64,000 nucleotides of DNA from Podarcis liolepis (lineage: Eukaryota): the NCBI GenBank assembly GCA_965112155.1, contig OZ218098.1; one strand, given 5' to 3'. This document shows, piece by piece, positions 24,819 to 38,624 of the stretch. Below the pieces are notes generated by a model that was not told where the DNA came from, searched no databases, and was given only the letters and a program-made list of their open reading frames with translations. Every line of letters begins with the position of its first letter. Positions within the stretch are counted from its first letter, which is position 1. The translations under genes and the position numbers were made by a program.

Positions 24819-27250
24819 CTGTGCACAACAACAATTTCAAACATTTTAACAATTTAGGATAGTGTTGTTCAATTATATAATATTATCTTTACAAATAAGT
24901 AGTTAAAAATTAATTGGGTTGCCTCTACTCAAGGTAGATCCACCAAATGAATGGAAATAATGAACTTAGGTCTATTTCTTTCAATGGGTTGAGTAGAACT
25001 TAGTTGAATACATTGCACTAGGTTAGATCCAGACTTCTTGTGAGCAGAAACCTTCTGGGAGGAAAGGAAGATGCAATGGTTACCTATTTCTTCCTGCTAT
25101 TTCTGACCCCTGAAAGTTGTTCTGGAGGACAGGGGGAGGGGGGTATTCTGTGGAAGACCATGGAAGTTGGTGCTGAGACAAGAGGCAATAATCACTTCCC
25201 CAAGTCTCCACTGAACCTCAGTCCCTTTTTGGAACAGAAGCAGCTGTTCTATTAATAGAATGACAACTATTGATGCAGCCCATTTGTAATTTCTACAGTT
25301 GTAAAAGTAATTTTTTAATAGCCCACATGAAGCAAATGCAAAAGGAAAGGAATGAAAAAAAGAAGCCTTCTTGACCCCTGCCCCACCTTCAGAATAAGCA
25401 AACAGCAGCCCAGGAAACCATTCCTGTTCCTAGTCTTCCCTGTTGTGCTTGCACTTATTATGCATTTCAGTTACTTTACTCTTGCTGCATAAGCCAATTC
25501 AGAGTGTTCATTCATCCCATTTTTTCCTTACACATATTCAAATCCATAGGTGGAGTTCAACATCACATTATTTCAATTTTTCCCTTGGTGCAAGTGTTTT
25601 TGCTTGCTTGACAGAACAATCTCCTCTCTTCTCCTCCTGCAGTCTGGGGTTTTTTCCTCCCAAAGCAGATAGTGTGGGGAGACCCAGCTGTGCTACTGTG
25701 AGCCCTTCCACTGGCTCCTGCTAGTATAATTGTTTAGTACTTTAATTGAATCCAGTCCTATATAACCAGGGAGTCCTTACAAACAAGCCATTATTAAAAT
25801 GGAGCAATTAATCTAATAATAAAGATTAAAATGTTCATACTAAGAGCTGGATCTATAGAGTTGGTTCCAGAATTGTGTGGGAAAAGGTCCACTTTCCCCC
25901 TCCTCCCCACTGCAGCTCACTACGCCCCTTCCAAAAATCACCTGAAATTTGAGGAAGTTTCTGGAGTGGTCCAAGATGGGACACGAGGGAGAAATCAATG
26001 AATTAGATGTGATGTGTGCCTTGCATTCATTAAGTATAAGTAACACATCCCACACTCCAATTTAAGACAATTGAGACTGCACTTTGGGGCTTTCTCCATT
26101 ATGTTATATCTCTCACTGCACCAACTCTACATGCAGTGCAATGAAGAGTTCTGGAGAACCTGAAAACTTGCTCACCATTAATATTACATTTCCAAGGGTC
26201 CTAATGAAGCTATTTCCCAACTGTGGTTTTGCACACCCACACCCCCACTGAAGACAAGGACAGCTACCTATGATTTTTAAAGTGATGGTGTCAAAGCATT
26301 AGTGTTACTTTCAAGCTGGCAATATATAGCTTTACTAGTTCTGAAGTCAAACTCCTGGCTATTCTATATTTGGCTGACACCTACTGGCAGAGATGATATT
26401 CTCTGGTGGTAAAAAGAAAGAAAGCTTTTTGCAATGCTAAAATGGCAGAAGAGAAAGCAAATTTAACTTTCCTTGAGTGCTCAGCATTGGTACATCTAAC
26501 AATGACAGGTTTTTGTTCTATAAAATTAATTTTCCTACAATAATCCCTGTTTTCAAACTGGTATAAGTATACATTTCAAATAACTACCCTACACATCTTA
26601 TAAAATAGCGCAGTAAATTCTTGCAAAATAATTAGCAGTTGTAGGAACATCTTTTTCTCAGAAGTTGAGAGCAATGGAACATAAAAGTGTCATTATTAGA
26701 TACCCAAAAATTAGATACCAAAGTGAGTTTTTAATTTGATTTGCAATTAAAAGAAAATTAGTATAAAGGATGCCAATATAACTCTGCTAGCATTATAAAA
26801 TAAATAAGTTTCAAAAACAATGACATATGAAGATAAAGGTACTGATAATGGCAAAATATTAGCATAAATAATGTTTGAAAACAGATGAAGGATCAAATGA
26901 ATTGTAGCAACGTTGTTGAGTTTGTAGTGTGGGTGCTAAAAAACTAAACATCTTTCATTGAAATTTATTTATAATCAAAACAGTTATTAGACAGCATGCT
27001 CAAAATATCTAGCCTAATTTTCTGCATTTAAATAAGCCAAACTCTGAGCTGCTGGTAGCTGAAAAAGATTATAAAGAATGAATATTGGCTATACAACTTG
27101 TGCTCTGGACTGGGCAATTGGCAGCAGTGATACTTTATATTTTAACCAACAACATAATTACATATTTAAAAACTGATACTACAATAACTAGATCCTTTCA
27201 ACAATACACTGTGCCATTATTCTACTTGTTTTCATTGCAATTTGCAAGTA

Positions 27251-27666
27251 CAGTGGTACCTCGCAAGACGAATGCCTCGCAAGACAAAAAACTCACTAGA
27301 CGAAAGGTTTTTCCGTTTTCGATTTGCCTCGCAAGACGAATTTCCCTATGGGCTTGCTTCGCAAGACGAAAACGTCTCGCGACTTTTTTTTCTTTGTCTA
27401 AAAACAAAGACATGTTTTGTTTATAAAGTTAATTTATTTTCCCTTAAATTTTTGAACTGCTCTTTACAGTATGTGTGACTTTAAAGAGCAGTTAATAAAC
27501 TGTTGTTGTACCAAATTTGGCTTTGTTTGGACTTTTTTTTGACCATAGGAACGCATTAATTGATTTTCAATGCATTCCTATGGGATTTCGTGATTCGCAA
27601 GACGAAAAATTCGCTAGACGACAAAAATTGCGGAACGAATTAATTTCGTCTTGCGGGGCACCACTG
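27251..27666 (+). mobile_element. Tc1/mariner-pogo type MITE, family B (GCAAGACGAA subterminal repeats)
   Basis: TIR CAGTGGT(A/G)CC(T/C)CGCAAGACGAA, TA TSD; orientation given relative to the other copies. Confidence 0.9.
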
Positions 27667-27689
27667 TATATGGGGTACAAGGTACTTAC

Positions 27690-27816
27690 AGTTTGGTGGT
27701 CCTGTTGCCTGGTAAGGTGGGTAGGCTGCTGAAATGGTAGGCCGAGAGAAGACTGGAGGTTCTTCTCCAAACACCACAATCATCACTTGAATCAAGCCAA
27801 TCAAATCTGATTGTGG
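27690..27816 (-). CDS. TSG101: TSG101 exon 5 (PQSDLIGLIQVMIVVFGEEPPVFSRPTISAAYPPYQATGPPN)
   Basis: 127 bp, AG/GT. Confidence 0.96.
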
Positions 27817-28306
27817 CTAAGGGGAAAGCATATAAAAATCTCTTTGCTTTTTTAATCCCACAAAGATTAATAATGACAATGCACCCATCACCTTGTCAGT
27901 TATAGGTGGTCATTTGGTTACTCTATTTGTAGGTTTTGGTCAAGTATGTTCCAATTCAGGTGCAATCACTATCTGATAAAAAGTGTAGCATATCACTGAG
28001 AAAGTACTGATGAGAATATGAACCCTAAGCCCATATTAATTATCGGTAGCAATTAGACATTTTATGGCAGGCCACATTTCGATTGCAGGTCTCATGAATG
28101 GAGATCAAATATGACAAAAGCAGTAACACAATTAGTACTGTGTAAGAGTGCTAAGGTTTTACTCAACAGAGATCCCAGTTTCCCAATGTCACATCTTTCT
28201 GCTCTAACAAATGACCAAAGGAGAAAGCAGAATATTAAACAAAACTGCTACTTAAATGGTGAAGTAATTTAGGGCTAAAGGTTAAGGATTTTATAATTGT
28301 ACTTAC

Positions 28307-28470
28307 ATGTTTCCATTCATGTAGATATGGAAGGTATATCTTGCCATTTGCATCCACGTGCTTCCCAGTTTTAATTGTCATTGAACTAGTCGGCTTAACA
28401 AAACAGATGGGTGGATTGTATGGATATGTATCCAACAGCCACAGACATATTGGGATATTGTATGTGTTAC
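28307..28470 (-). CDS. TSG101: TSG101 exon 4 ([54 protein letters not shown]), UEV
   Basis: 164 bp, AG/GT. Confidence 0.97.
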
Positions 28471-28898
28471 CTGAAGAAGTTATTAAAAAAAAAAGATGAA
28501 TGCATTATTATTTTCTCCTTCTGACAATATATTTTAATGCTGTGAAATAGGAATGACTACAAATGCTGCCCTTGTAGTGATGGAAGGCCTTCTAACCTCC
28601 ACTAACAGAAGCAGGCTGCCCTCCAGTCCACTGTTCTGGAAGTCTCCTTGAGCCCCTCTCCCAGGGTACATGCAGTGAGGGGGAAATTCCACTGAACACA
28701 TTGTGCTAATGAAAAAGCTTTGTTGGACACTGCACAAAGAATAGGAAAATCTCCTGTATGTGGCAACACAAAACAGTTGTACAAAGGTCCAAAACTAAGA
28801 ACAAAGCATTCAGAACAAGTTAGTGACCAAGCTGATCAAAGTAAATGATGTAAGCTTTCAAGTAATGTACTGGCAATCTACCCAAGACAGATACATAC

Positions 28899-28964
28899 CT
28901 TTGTAATTTACAGGAATGGTTCCTGTGAGGCTCATCAGTTCTCTTGATGAACCATCATTAAAAA
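28899..28964 (-). CDS. TSG101: TSG101 exon 3 (FNDGSSRELMSLTGTIPVNYK)
   Basis: 66 bp, AG/GT. Confidence 0.96.
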
Positions 28965-29658
28965 CTGAAAAGCAAAAAAAAGCATTATGCAACCTGTTCA
29001 TTTGATAGTCAGATAACAAAAGCTGCGTGCATGCTTGACAAAATAGATATATAATCTCAGAGACTACTTTTCTTCAAACACTTCTCTATATACAAGCAAG
29101 CATCTTCTAGGAAAATGAACTAATAACACCACACAATAAGAAATGGCAAGCAAATTATTGTGTGACACAGGCAGATCTGCTCCATACAATTCTAGAATCT
29201 ATGAAAAATAAAGTTGCCATAAAATTGCTATTGTAGTTGTCAGCCTTCAAAGCAAAGCCTAAATATGAGCAATACTATTTCCAAGTCAAGTGGGCAGTGG
29301 CTGTGGTACTCCAGACATTGCTGGACTACAATCCCATCACCCCTGATCATTGGCTTTGGGAAAAAGGGTTTCCCTATTACCATTTTGCCAAAAAGCATGT
29401 CTCAAATAATTAGCACAGTACAGGGGTAACTAACCTTTGGTCCTCCATCTCTGACTATTGTGTTTGCTAGCTAAGGCTGACTGTAGTCTAACAAGATCTG
29501 GGGAACACCAGGTTAGCTACCCCTGGTCGAATAAGCTACCTTATTTCTTCTTTGTCATAAAATTTCTTACACAAAATAAGATATACTGATAGGAAACTGA
29601 CATAGGCTAGCTAACAAAAATACTGCACAAAAAAGAAAAACATAACATAAAAACTCAC

Positions 29659-29743
29659 CATATCCATCCATTACAGGCTTGAGGTCTTTGTACTGGGTAA
29701 TAACACTGACAGTTTCCTGAACAGTCAAGTCTCTGTACTTGTA
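29659..29743 (-). CDS. TSG101: TSG101 exon 2 (YKYRDLTVQETVSVITQYKDLKPVMDGY)
   Basis: 85 bp, AG/GT. Confidence 0.96.
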
Positions 29744-29831
29744 CTAGGGGGAAATAGATTTTTGAAAATCTTAAAAGCTCCACGAAAGACAACTTCCACT
29801 GAAAACATTTAGACTTCCTTCAACACAACTA

Positions 29832-30176
29832 CAGTGGTGCCTCGCAAGACGAAAACAATCCGTTCTGTGATTCTCTTCGTCTAGCGGTTTTTTCGTCTTG
29901 CAAAGCAAGCCCATTGAAGGAAGCAAGCCCATTGAAGGATTAGCAGATTAGCGCTATTAGTGGCTTATCTGCTGATCGGATCAGCTGATAAGCAGCTTAG
30001 GGGCTTAGAAAAAGGGGGGGGTGAGGGGAAAAAACCAGCAGGAACTCGCAAGACATTGTCGTCTTGCGAAGCAAGCCCATAGGAAATTCGTTTTGCGAAG
30101 CACCTCCAAAACGGAAAACTCTTTCGTCTAGCGAGTTTTCCGTCTTGCGAGGCATTCGTCTTGCGGGGCACCACTG
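29832..30176 (-). mobile_element. Tc1/mariner-pogo type MITE, family B, inverted relative to the 27251 copy
   Basis: Same TIRs and GCAAGACGAA repeats, TA TSD. Confidence 0.9.
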
Positions 30177-31399
30177 TATAGTGACTAGAGAACAAGATCT
30201 GCAGTCTTCCACAGCAGGTAAGATACTATAACTACTTTTTTATATAGAAACACTTTGCTGAATTACTGCCAGAGATTATAGAGTAAACTTGACCTGCCAG
30301 AATCAAGTATAGGTGGTATGTCATGATGCAAAGTGAATCAAACTCAATTCTACAATTAGGATGCTCAAGTGAAATGAGACTGTCCACAATCCAACATGTT
30401 TTTTGTCTTGTGGTAAGCTGACGCAGTTCTACTAACAAAATGAATACACTTATGAATTAATGTAGACCCTGAACAGATTTTTAAAACTGCTGATGGCAAT
30501 GAAATAAGTGGAGGATTGTGTCTCTATGACAGAGGCACATATTTAGTCCAACATCTCTGCAAAAACCATCTTTCTCTACCTCAGCCATCCACACACAGTG
30601 CCAACTGATCCAGAACACTCTCACGTCCCACACGTATCTCTGTAGCCGCCCACTCTCCACTGGACCGCAAGAAAACTGATTCCTTCAAGCTCCTCTTTCA
30701 AGTCCACTATCAACTCTGCTCACCTACTTGAGCAATCCCAGTTCACAACTCCTTGTTCTTAAGGTCTCCTTGTATGGGAAATGCAACCAGAAGACAAAAA
30801 TGTATCAAGGAGTTAGTGATCTGTTCCTTCTCCCTCCCTTGCTCTTGTTAAGTTTTTTGATGGTGTGAGACCGGTCTTTAATGGCCTGAGAAAGTTGGGA
30901 GGAGGTGAAGCCCGACACACAGCAGCCTTCATGTGCTGGGAACCTTATTTGACATTGGACATTGTTTTGAAAAGGTGAAGCACTGGGTGGGGGTGGCTAA
31001 TGGATGATCTGCACATAGCCAGTCTGGCAAGCCACACCTGCTATCTATAGTTTGGGCAGAGTTTCTTTGAAGCTCCTGATCGGCTGCAGGTCTGTGCAAA
31101 GTGAGGCTACCTGGGGGAGTCGCTTTGCCACTTCTTAAGGGCTTCTAAATGGCAGGTTGAAGTGCTTGCTTGGTATATATACATTGCTTGCTGTTTGAGA
31201 ATAAAATCTGTAATCTTCCCATTCACTTGTGTTTTTTGTATTGCTTCTGAATCTCATTTTAAAAGAACCACCTTGCCTTTGGTTGTAAGACCAACAGCAG
31301 TCAACTTCTGTGGCCTCATTGCTCAAAAACCAGTACCAGAGTTTGCACTGCCGCCACCTGCCTTTATGCATTATAATACAGATTTAAAATAAAAAATTC

Positions 31400-31690
31400 C
31401 TTCCAGTAGCACCTTAAAGACCAACTAAGTTAGTTCTTGGTATGAGCTTTCGTGTGCATGCACACTTCTTCAGATACACTGAAATAGAAGTTGCCAGATC
31501 CTTCTATATAGTGAGAAGGTGGGGAGGGGTGTTACTCAGAAGGATGGTGGGAATGGGAGATAGGCAGAGCCTGTTGACGACTCTTAACGACTGTAATAGG
31601 TCTTACAGGAAAAGGCAAGGGGTGGGAAGGTGAGAAATGGTATTTTTTATTTTGACTATGGCAGACCAACACGGCTACCTATCTACTACT
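31400..31690. mobile_element. probable Penelope-like element remnant
   Basis: AGTAGCACCTTAAAGACCAAC...GAGCTTTCGTG...TTCTTCAGATAC and GACCAACACGGCTAC motifs recognised from squamate repeats; family assignment from memory. Confidence 0.5.
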
Positions 31691-32647
31691 GAAATACAGA
31701 TTTAGTCTGTGATCTGTGACCATGGCCAAGCAAAATCAGCTGTGCAGAGCCAGCTCAGCTAGCAATGTACTAGTGACTTTGTACCTTTAAGGCAGTCACC
31801 AACATTCACGTCCAATTAATTACCAATATATTTATCTGAAGATAATGAGTTATGCAGCCAGAAAGAGAATAATGCAACAATTAATATTTTAAGAATTATG
31901 AATAGTATCCATGTTCTACACCACACTAGCTCAACATTTAGAATGCTCTTGAACAAGTTCAAATATTCAATCCTATGGTTTATCACTAATTTGATAAAAC
32001 CAGTCTAAAAAAGGGAGGAATTCAGTGTCACACTAGAACAAACATTCCATCAGTGCAAGCATTTCTACAGAACAATCTCTCCCCCCCCCCCACTGTTCTG
32101 GGGGTTCTCCTGACCCCCCAGCAGGATAGGAGAGAGAAAGTCCCATTGCACTAGTGGAAGCCCTTGTGCTAGCTCCCGCTAATGCACCCACTTAGTTGAA
32201 TCTGGCCCAAAATAGCATAGTGCTAGCTAAGAAGCAAAGATATGCAAATTTCTACTCATAATCTTTAACAACAAAAAGCTGACAAAATACTGTCCCCACC
32301 CTCAGTTAGAAATGTATGTTGAAGGTTAAAATCACAGGTGTCTAATCAGGCAATGATGCATTCTTACATTCTACTTCCTCCTCTTCATTCAACTTGTTAC
32401 AAAGTAATAAGGTGGTTTTGCAACTTACTTGCCAATTAAGTATAGAATGGATCAGAAAATGACTCAGGGGAGAATATGCACATTAAACCAGCTTCATCCA
32501 ACTAAAGGATCAGCTGGATGAGTAAAACTGCTGTCCTACACACATTTACTTGGGAGTAAGTCCCACTGAACTCAACTGAACATGAGATGTAAGGCTGCAA
32601 ATTTAAGCACGCTTACAGCTCAATTCCTATACGTTTACTCAGAAGTC

Positions 32648-32905
32648 AAAACCAGGCAGATAGCCTTCTCAGTTGTGGTGCCCGCCCTGTGGAACGCCCT
32701 CCCATCAGATGTCAAGGAAATAAACAACTGATTGTTAGAAGACATCTGAAGGCAGCCCTGTGTAAGGAAGCTTTTAATGTCTGATGTTTTACTCTGTTTA
32801 ATATTCTGTTGGGAGCCGCCCAGAGCGGCTGGGGAAAACCAGTCAGATGGGCGGGATATAAATAATAAATAATAGTAATAATAATAATAATAATTACTAC
32901 TACTA
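32648..32905 (+). mobile_element. L2-type LINE 3' end with (AAT)n tail
   Basis: GCCTTCTC..GTGG..CC...TGGAAC 3' motif, GCCGCCCAGAG, TAA-rich tail; reverse copy at 44367-44636. Confidence 0.75.
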
Positions 32906-33999
32906 CTGAATTCAATGAAGCTTACTCACATATAAGAATCAAGATTAGATTAAAATTAAATGGCACTATTTAGGTTACTCTGTAAGTACTATGCATAAAG
33001 AAGAAATAAGAGTTTGTGTTTTCAATAAACTTAATTCCACTGTAGCACAGCAAGTAAAAATACAGTACAAACAGCTTCATTTATTAACAATTTAACAACA
33101 AACCTACACTGAACTTTGCAAATCAACTGAACTTTGGTTTGATACTGATACCAGTTTGGCATTCTCATCCAGGTTTTATCATGAATCTAGTCACCTTTCA
33201 TCAATGTTCAGAGCCTTTATGTTCTACGGATTTCAGCAGAAGTATAAAGAACATTAACAACCTTCTCCAAATGAAATTCCCAGCACAAAAATGTTGCTTA
33301 TACAAGGAATTAGTGAACTAAGCTGCTGGGTGGCATCCTTTTCTTTGTAATTGACAAGACACGTATTCCTATAACCTAGTAAATTTAACCCTATAGTAAA
33401 TTTCTTACTTTTGAGAGTTTTAAAATTAAATGTTTTAACACTATCCAAGTACCTCAGAGTCACTAAAGCTCCCAAGTAAACTGTACCCAGCTGCTGCTAA
33501 CAGAAGGCACACTAGGTCAAGTTGTGTTAATTCACAATTTGGGCCCAAAGTACCTTTATACTCAAGGTACTTTGAGTATACTTTTGATCACTGAGATTCT
33601 CTGATGGTAACTAACCAACTCCTTCACCAACCTGAATGATCTCTGCTCACTTGCTGAGTTACATACTTATTTTAAAAATGTAGTACAGTAGTAGAAATAG
33701 TAATAATAATAATAAAACCAAATTTGTGTTTATTTAGACTTTAAAAACTCCTAAACTACTTGCTTACTAGTTTCCATGATTCCTTTAGCTACTAAAAGCT
33801 TAGTCGTACCCTTGTTCCTCATTTCAGAACGGAATTTAGCTTTAAATAGGCCACAAAGGGCAGCAAATGATTCCGGAAACCCACAAAAACAAAACACCCA
33901 ACTGAAAACTTGGGAGCGATCGCAACACGCCCATTATTTTCCTGTTAATAACTAGGGAGGCCTCAAAGAGTTAGCAAAAGGCGTTGGGTGCTAAGGGTG

Positions 34000-34670
34000 A
34001 TCCCTTTTTGGACTCGACAGACCAGGGACTATTTCGGCCTGGTCTTTCCCTTTGCGGACTCTCAGGAGGATCATTCTCGCGACCCACGAAATTAGAGACC
34101 CTTCCCATTCCTTCTGCCAGAAAGCCGGCCTCGTTTATTCGTGTCTGGCTAGGATATTTTTGTGGGTGCCCCCCCAGGCAGCAGGAAGAAGGGAAAGATA
34201 ATGACTCTGGAGGAAGTTTCGCTCGGGAAGCGGCGTGAGGTGAGGGGAGAGGGGCGGCATGGAGGCCCCCCCGGGGGGGCGAGCGCGGAGGAAGCCCCGA
34301 GGCTGTTCCCCCGGCAGAAGCCCGCTGGGAGGGGCTCCCCGGCCGGCCTCGCCGTTACCTTGCCAAGCATCTTCTTCAGCTGGCTCTCCGACACGGCCAT
34401 GGCGGCGGCGGCGGCAGCGGGCCCTGCCGGCCGCCGGTGGTCGTCGTTCCGCGCCCCTCCTGCCGCTCCTCCGACTCCCCGCGCGAACGAGGAAACCTGC
34501 CCCGGCCTCCCTTCCGGTGCTTCCTTTCCACCCGTTTCCGCTCGGCGGCGCGGCGCGACGTCACTTCCGGCGGCCAGGTGCCGCATGCGCGTGAGCGTAC
34601 ACTGCTGTCACTGACGAGCCCATAGAGATAGCAACGTGGAGAGGGTCACGCAGGCGCCGCCTAGTTTTTC
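34000..34670 (-). promoter_or_regulatory. TSG101 CpG-island promoter with ETS-CRE composite (CCGGAAGTGACG, 34559-34570) and NRF1-like site (34581-34590)
   Basis: High GC/CpG density; motifs read directly upstream of the ATG. Confidence 0.8.
34359..34400 (-). CDS. TSG101: TSG101 exon 1 CDS (MAVSESQLKKMLGK)
   Basis: Perfect Kozak GCCGCCATGG, GTAA donor, inside CpG island; the 10 exons sum to 1182 nt = 393 aa + stop. Confidence 0.97.
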
Positions 34671-35264
34671 TTTATTCCCATATGGAATCTCAGTTCTATA
34701 AAAGCACTGAAAGTGAATGGAGCATAAAATGTAACCATTCGGTTGAGCGCTGGGTTGGGATGGCGGGGGGGGGGAGTAATTTAATTAGACTTTCACCTTT
34801 TCCTTTTTCTTTTTTCTGCACAACTGGGAGCGTTTTGTCTATATGCTTTGCTTTGTGCAGAGAGAGAAGGATTTACCGTATTTTTCCGTGTATAACACGC
34901 CCCCTATTTTGGGGGGACTCAAAATTAAGAAAATACCTGTGGATGAGACGATCCCAATTTTAAAACATTATTTTCAAGTAAAAAATCCTCGTCTTATGCA
35001 CGGAAAAGTATGGCAAGTCCTCTGTACCGGAAATGATAGTGGCTGATTGTAACATCTGCTCCATTCAATAAAACATTGGGACCACTGACTGCTATATGGA
35101 AAGGAGGGTAGTTCATTGGGAGAGCAAATGTTTTGCATGCAAAAGGTCCCAAGCCAATCCCCAGCACCTCTATGTAAGGCTGGGAAAGACCTCTGCAGGG
35201 TTGCTGCCAGTCACCATAGGCCAGGGGTCAGGATCGTTTGCCCCTCCAGATGTTGCTGAACACG

Positions 35265-35700
35265 AGACCAATGGTGGGTCTGATAGTCAAGAAGGTGTTT
35301 TTTGCACATGCTGTACACGGAAGTGAGGGGCAGATGGGGCTTGTCGACTTGGGAAGGTAGCCCGTCTAGGAGAAGAAAAACTCTGGTCCTAAGCCTCCGC
35401 TGCCTTGCGGGATATTTTCAGGAAAAGAAAAGGCTAAAGAGTAAACCCTACACGTCCCTGAGATGGTTGGATGGCTCCTTGTATGCCTCCTCCTGGCAAC
35501 TCCTGCAGCCAAGCTGGTGCCAAATGTATTGCTCCGCTTTCATTTGGACCACGTCAGCAAAGCTGAGAGGGGTGTCTTGTCATCTGGGCAGCCCAGGACC
35601 TCCATTCACACTGCCAAGCTTGCACCCCGGGGAGGTCACTTTGGTGCTGCAAATGCAGCAGTTCAGCTTCACCCACAGAGGCCCACTTCATTGTCTCTCC
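35265..35700. mobile_element. interspersed repeat, probably RTE-related fragment
   Basis: Resembles common squamate RTE-associated sequence (GGGAAGGTAGCCC.TCTAGGAGAAG.AAAACTCTG); boundaries approximate. Confidence 0.4.
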
Positions 35701-38229
35701 AGACAGATGGATGCCAACAACATATCCCATCAACCCCAGACTGCATGGCTAATAGTCAAGGAAGATGGGTACTGTAGTCCAACAGTACCTGGAGGGCCAA
35801 AGGTTCACCCTCCCTTGGTGTAGACAACACTTCAACTTTGATGGACCAAGGGTTTGAGACAGACAAAATGAAATCTTCACACAGCACATAGCAACACTCT
35901 GGATCTCACTCCTACAAAATGTATAGATTGGAGACAAAACTAAATGGTACCCAGGAATCTTGGCTACAGTCGCTGAAATTGTCAGTGTTATTTTAAAAAG
36001 CCTACGTACAATGGAAAGGATTGTGTATAGATGGAATAGATTAATGTATAAAATATAGAGAGGTTATTTAATGGTTTGAAGGATTTGAATGTGCATGCAT
36101 TCTGTAAACTACTTTATTCTGAAGTGGTGTACAACAGGGTCAAACAATAAAATAGTTCACAAAATACATGCATGTTAATATACATCAAAGCATTAAATAA
36201 AATTGTCTGTAAAACCATCATCAACCATGGAGCCAAAATTCCTGGACAGCTTTTAAAATTTAGATTTGGAGACCTTTTGGTAACAACCAACAAATTAATA
36301 AATAATAATTTAAGTTTTGCTGTCATGATTCAAGATACTATTTTGTACCAGCTAGATAGTGCACCACACCAACTCATGAATTCCTCATCTGACCTACCAA
36401 TAGATGTGCTTCATATATTAGTATATATTAGCAAATTCTGTCATTAATCTGTTGCATTTATGTACTGCTAAATATTTCAAAAACCTCTAAGCCATGTATG
36501 GACTAACCCCCACACCCATAATATATTGTTAAAGCATTAGCACATAAACACAACCTAAAACCAATAAAACAGTAATAAAAAAACACATCGAGCTTTTAAA
36601 AGTTAATAAACGTTTTATTAACATTACACATCACAGTATTTTTTCCATATAGCACTTGCTTAAATATATAATGCAAAGAAAAAGGCAAAAATTCATTGCA
36701 ATCATACCTGAGTACAAAATCTACATATACTATCATTAAACTGTTTAGTCTATATATTTGGTAGTGCTTAAAGCTTGTTGCAGTGCTACAACTGATGACA
36801 CCAAACATACTAAGCCTTATCAGTGCATAACATTGAGCAGTGCATTCGTTCAGTTTTTCTTCCCATCCTGTCCTAAGGACTCAGGCCAAGTCACAATTAT
36901 TTTAACAAAAGACCAAATAAAAGCAGATTACTTCATTAGATAGAAATAAAAATTACTCCACCTCCTCTTTACCCTAAGTTCATAAATCACCATTTAGATC
37001 CTGGGAATAGTATTGGCTAACACTATCCAATAACTATTTTCTCATCTATTATATTTTAAGGCATGGTAGAGTGGAAAGGGAGAAGAATCAGCTTTTTAAA
37101 AATATCATACTCTGAATAAAGGAAGCATTTCATTTAAACCATGGTGACTAGCTGTGCCTTACTGTATTCTGTAATGTCCTCCCCATATAAAGTGCCTATA
37201 TAATTCAATTTACAGAATCCAGTAGGCCCTCCCAAGTGAGCCAAAAGCACTAATGTGTGCACATGGGAAACAAAACATTTCCTGCTCCACCCGGCTGCTT
37301 CATTCACAAGCTGCACTGGAGGGTACTCCAACATTCAGAGTGGCTTTTCAGGGGCTAGGAGAACCTGCAGCAGGAAGGAGGATGTGAACACACAGAACCT
37401 CAAGCCTCTTGGATTTTGGCCAAAGTGCCTTTAAGAAGACCATACAACTATGCACATTTTATATACTGCAGCAATGCAACAGCGCTGGGTTCTTTTTTAT
37501 ATCTCCCCACCCCCATCAATATCTAAGTCTTTGGGTGATTCATACAAAAAGTTCAGAAAAATACTTTCCAACTCATTAAGGCTAAGCAAATAGAATTCAT
37601 CTGCAATGCCCAAAATTTCAGCTTCAGATGAATTACTGCAATGATTTGCTGGTGGAAACATTCTGTTATAAATTGTCTGAATCATTGGCTGAAACATGGA
37701 CCCTTAATTTTAGGCAATACCTTGCTGCCAGGCCATCTGTGTTTAGACTTTAGCAATGTGTAATATATATACAAGACTGGTTCTCTATAGTAAATACAAT
37801 AGTCACTCTGTTTGAAAAGATACCTCTTGTCAGCAAATTTATAGCAACTTTGAAAAGGAAGTGGGCTGGTGGTGATTATAGTGTTGGGCATTCAATATAG
37901 GAAAAAGAAGAGATACCGTTTTTTCTTATTAATACAGCTAGTAATTAAACAACCAAGAGTACAAAATCCAGCAAAAAGGCAACCCATGATCTAGAAAGTT
38001 TGGAAAATTACGTTTCATGTTACATATTTCCACCCTATTTTGCCTAATCATTTTTATTATAAGAGTGTCATTGACAGATGGTCTTTAGCATGCCCTATAA
38101 TTAAATATACACCAAATTTAGCAAAGCTTTAACATTGTGAGGTATTCTTTTTTTAGCAGCCACCTAGGCAATAGTGTCTTTTCTGCAACTCTCAAATATC
38201 TTAGAGACCAAGTTATGCCTAGCTGGTAT

Positions 38230-38394
38230 TCAGAGTTTCAGCTGCTGTTGAAGATCATGAATCGAGGCAGCCGTGGACTGAAGCTCCTGTACCACAGTAC
38301 CTTTATCCAGCAGTTTGATGACTTCAGTCACTCCACTGATTCCAAGCACACAAGGCACACTTAAAAATACTTCAGAATTTATATTGTAACATCC
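38230..38394 (-). CDS. UEVLD: UEVLD exon 12 ([22 protein letters not shown]...LQQQLKL*)
   Basis: 165 bp to TGA; LDH C-terminal homology. Confidence 0.95.
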   Translation of the reverse strand, partial: GCYNINSEVFLSVPCVLGISGVTEVIKLLDKGTVVQELQSTAASIHDLQQQLKL

Positions 38395-38500
38395 CTAGAA
38401 AAGGCAAAACATAGTATTGGATATATTAGAATTCCTGGGACCCACAGGTTAATGTTTCCTCTATTCTAAAAAAGCAAAATCAGATCAGCCCTGTGTTTAC

Positions 38501-38624
38501 CTTCACCATCGTCGATATGGAATGTACTTTCCTTTTATCATTCAATATACTGTCTGCCAGATCAGCTATTGACAGGCCAACAGACCAGGATTTTTGGCCT
38601 CTTCCTTTCAGAACTTCCATGGCT
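38501..38624 (-). CDS. UEVLD: UEVLD exon 11 ([41 protein letters not shown])
   Basis: 124 bp, AG/GT. Confidence 0.95.

Noticed and set aside
27251-27666. Regularly recurring GCAAGACGAA motif and MITE-derived ORFs
   Set aside because: Subterminal repeats of a TA-flanked MITE in eukaryotic DNA; not CRISPR and not coding
34149-34625. Long Pro/Arg/Gly-rich ORFs at the TSG101 5' end (likewise 48590-48986 at UEVLD)
   Set aside because: Stop-poor CpG-island artefacts; only the 42-nt first exons are supported
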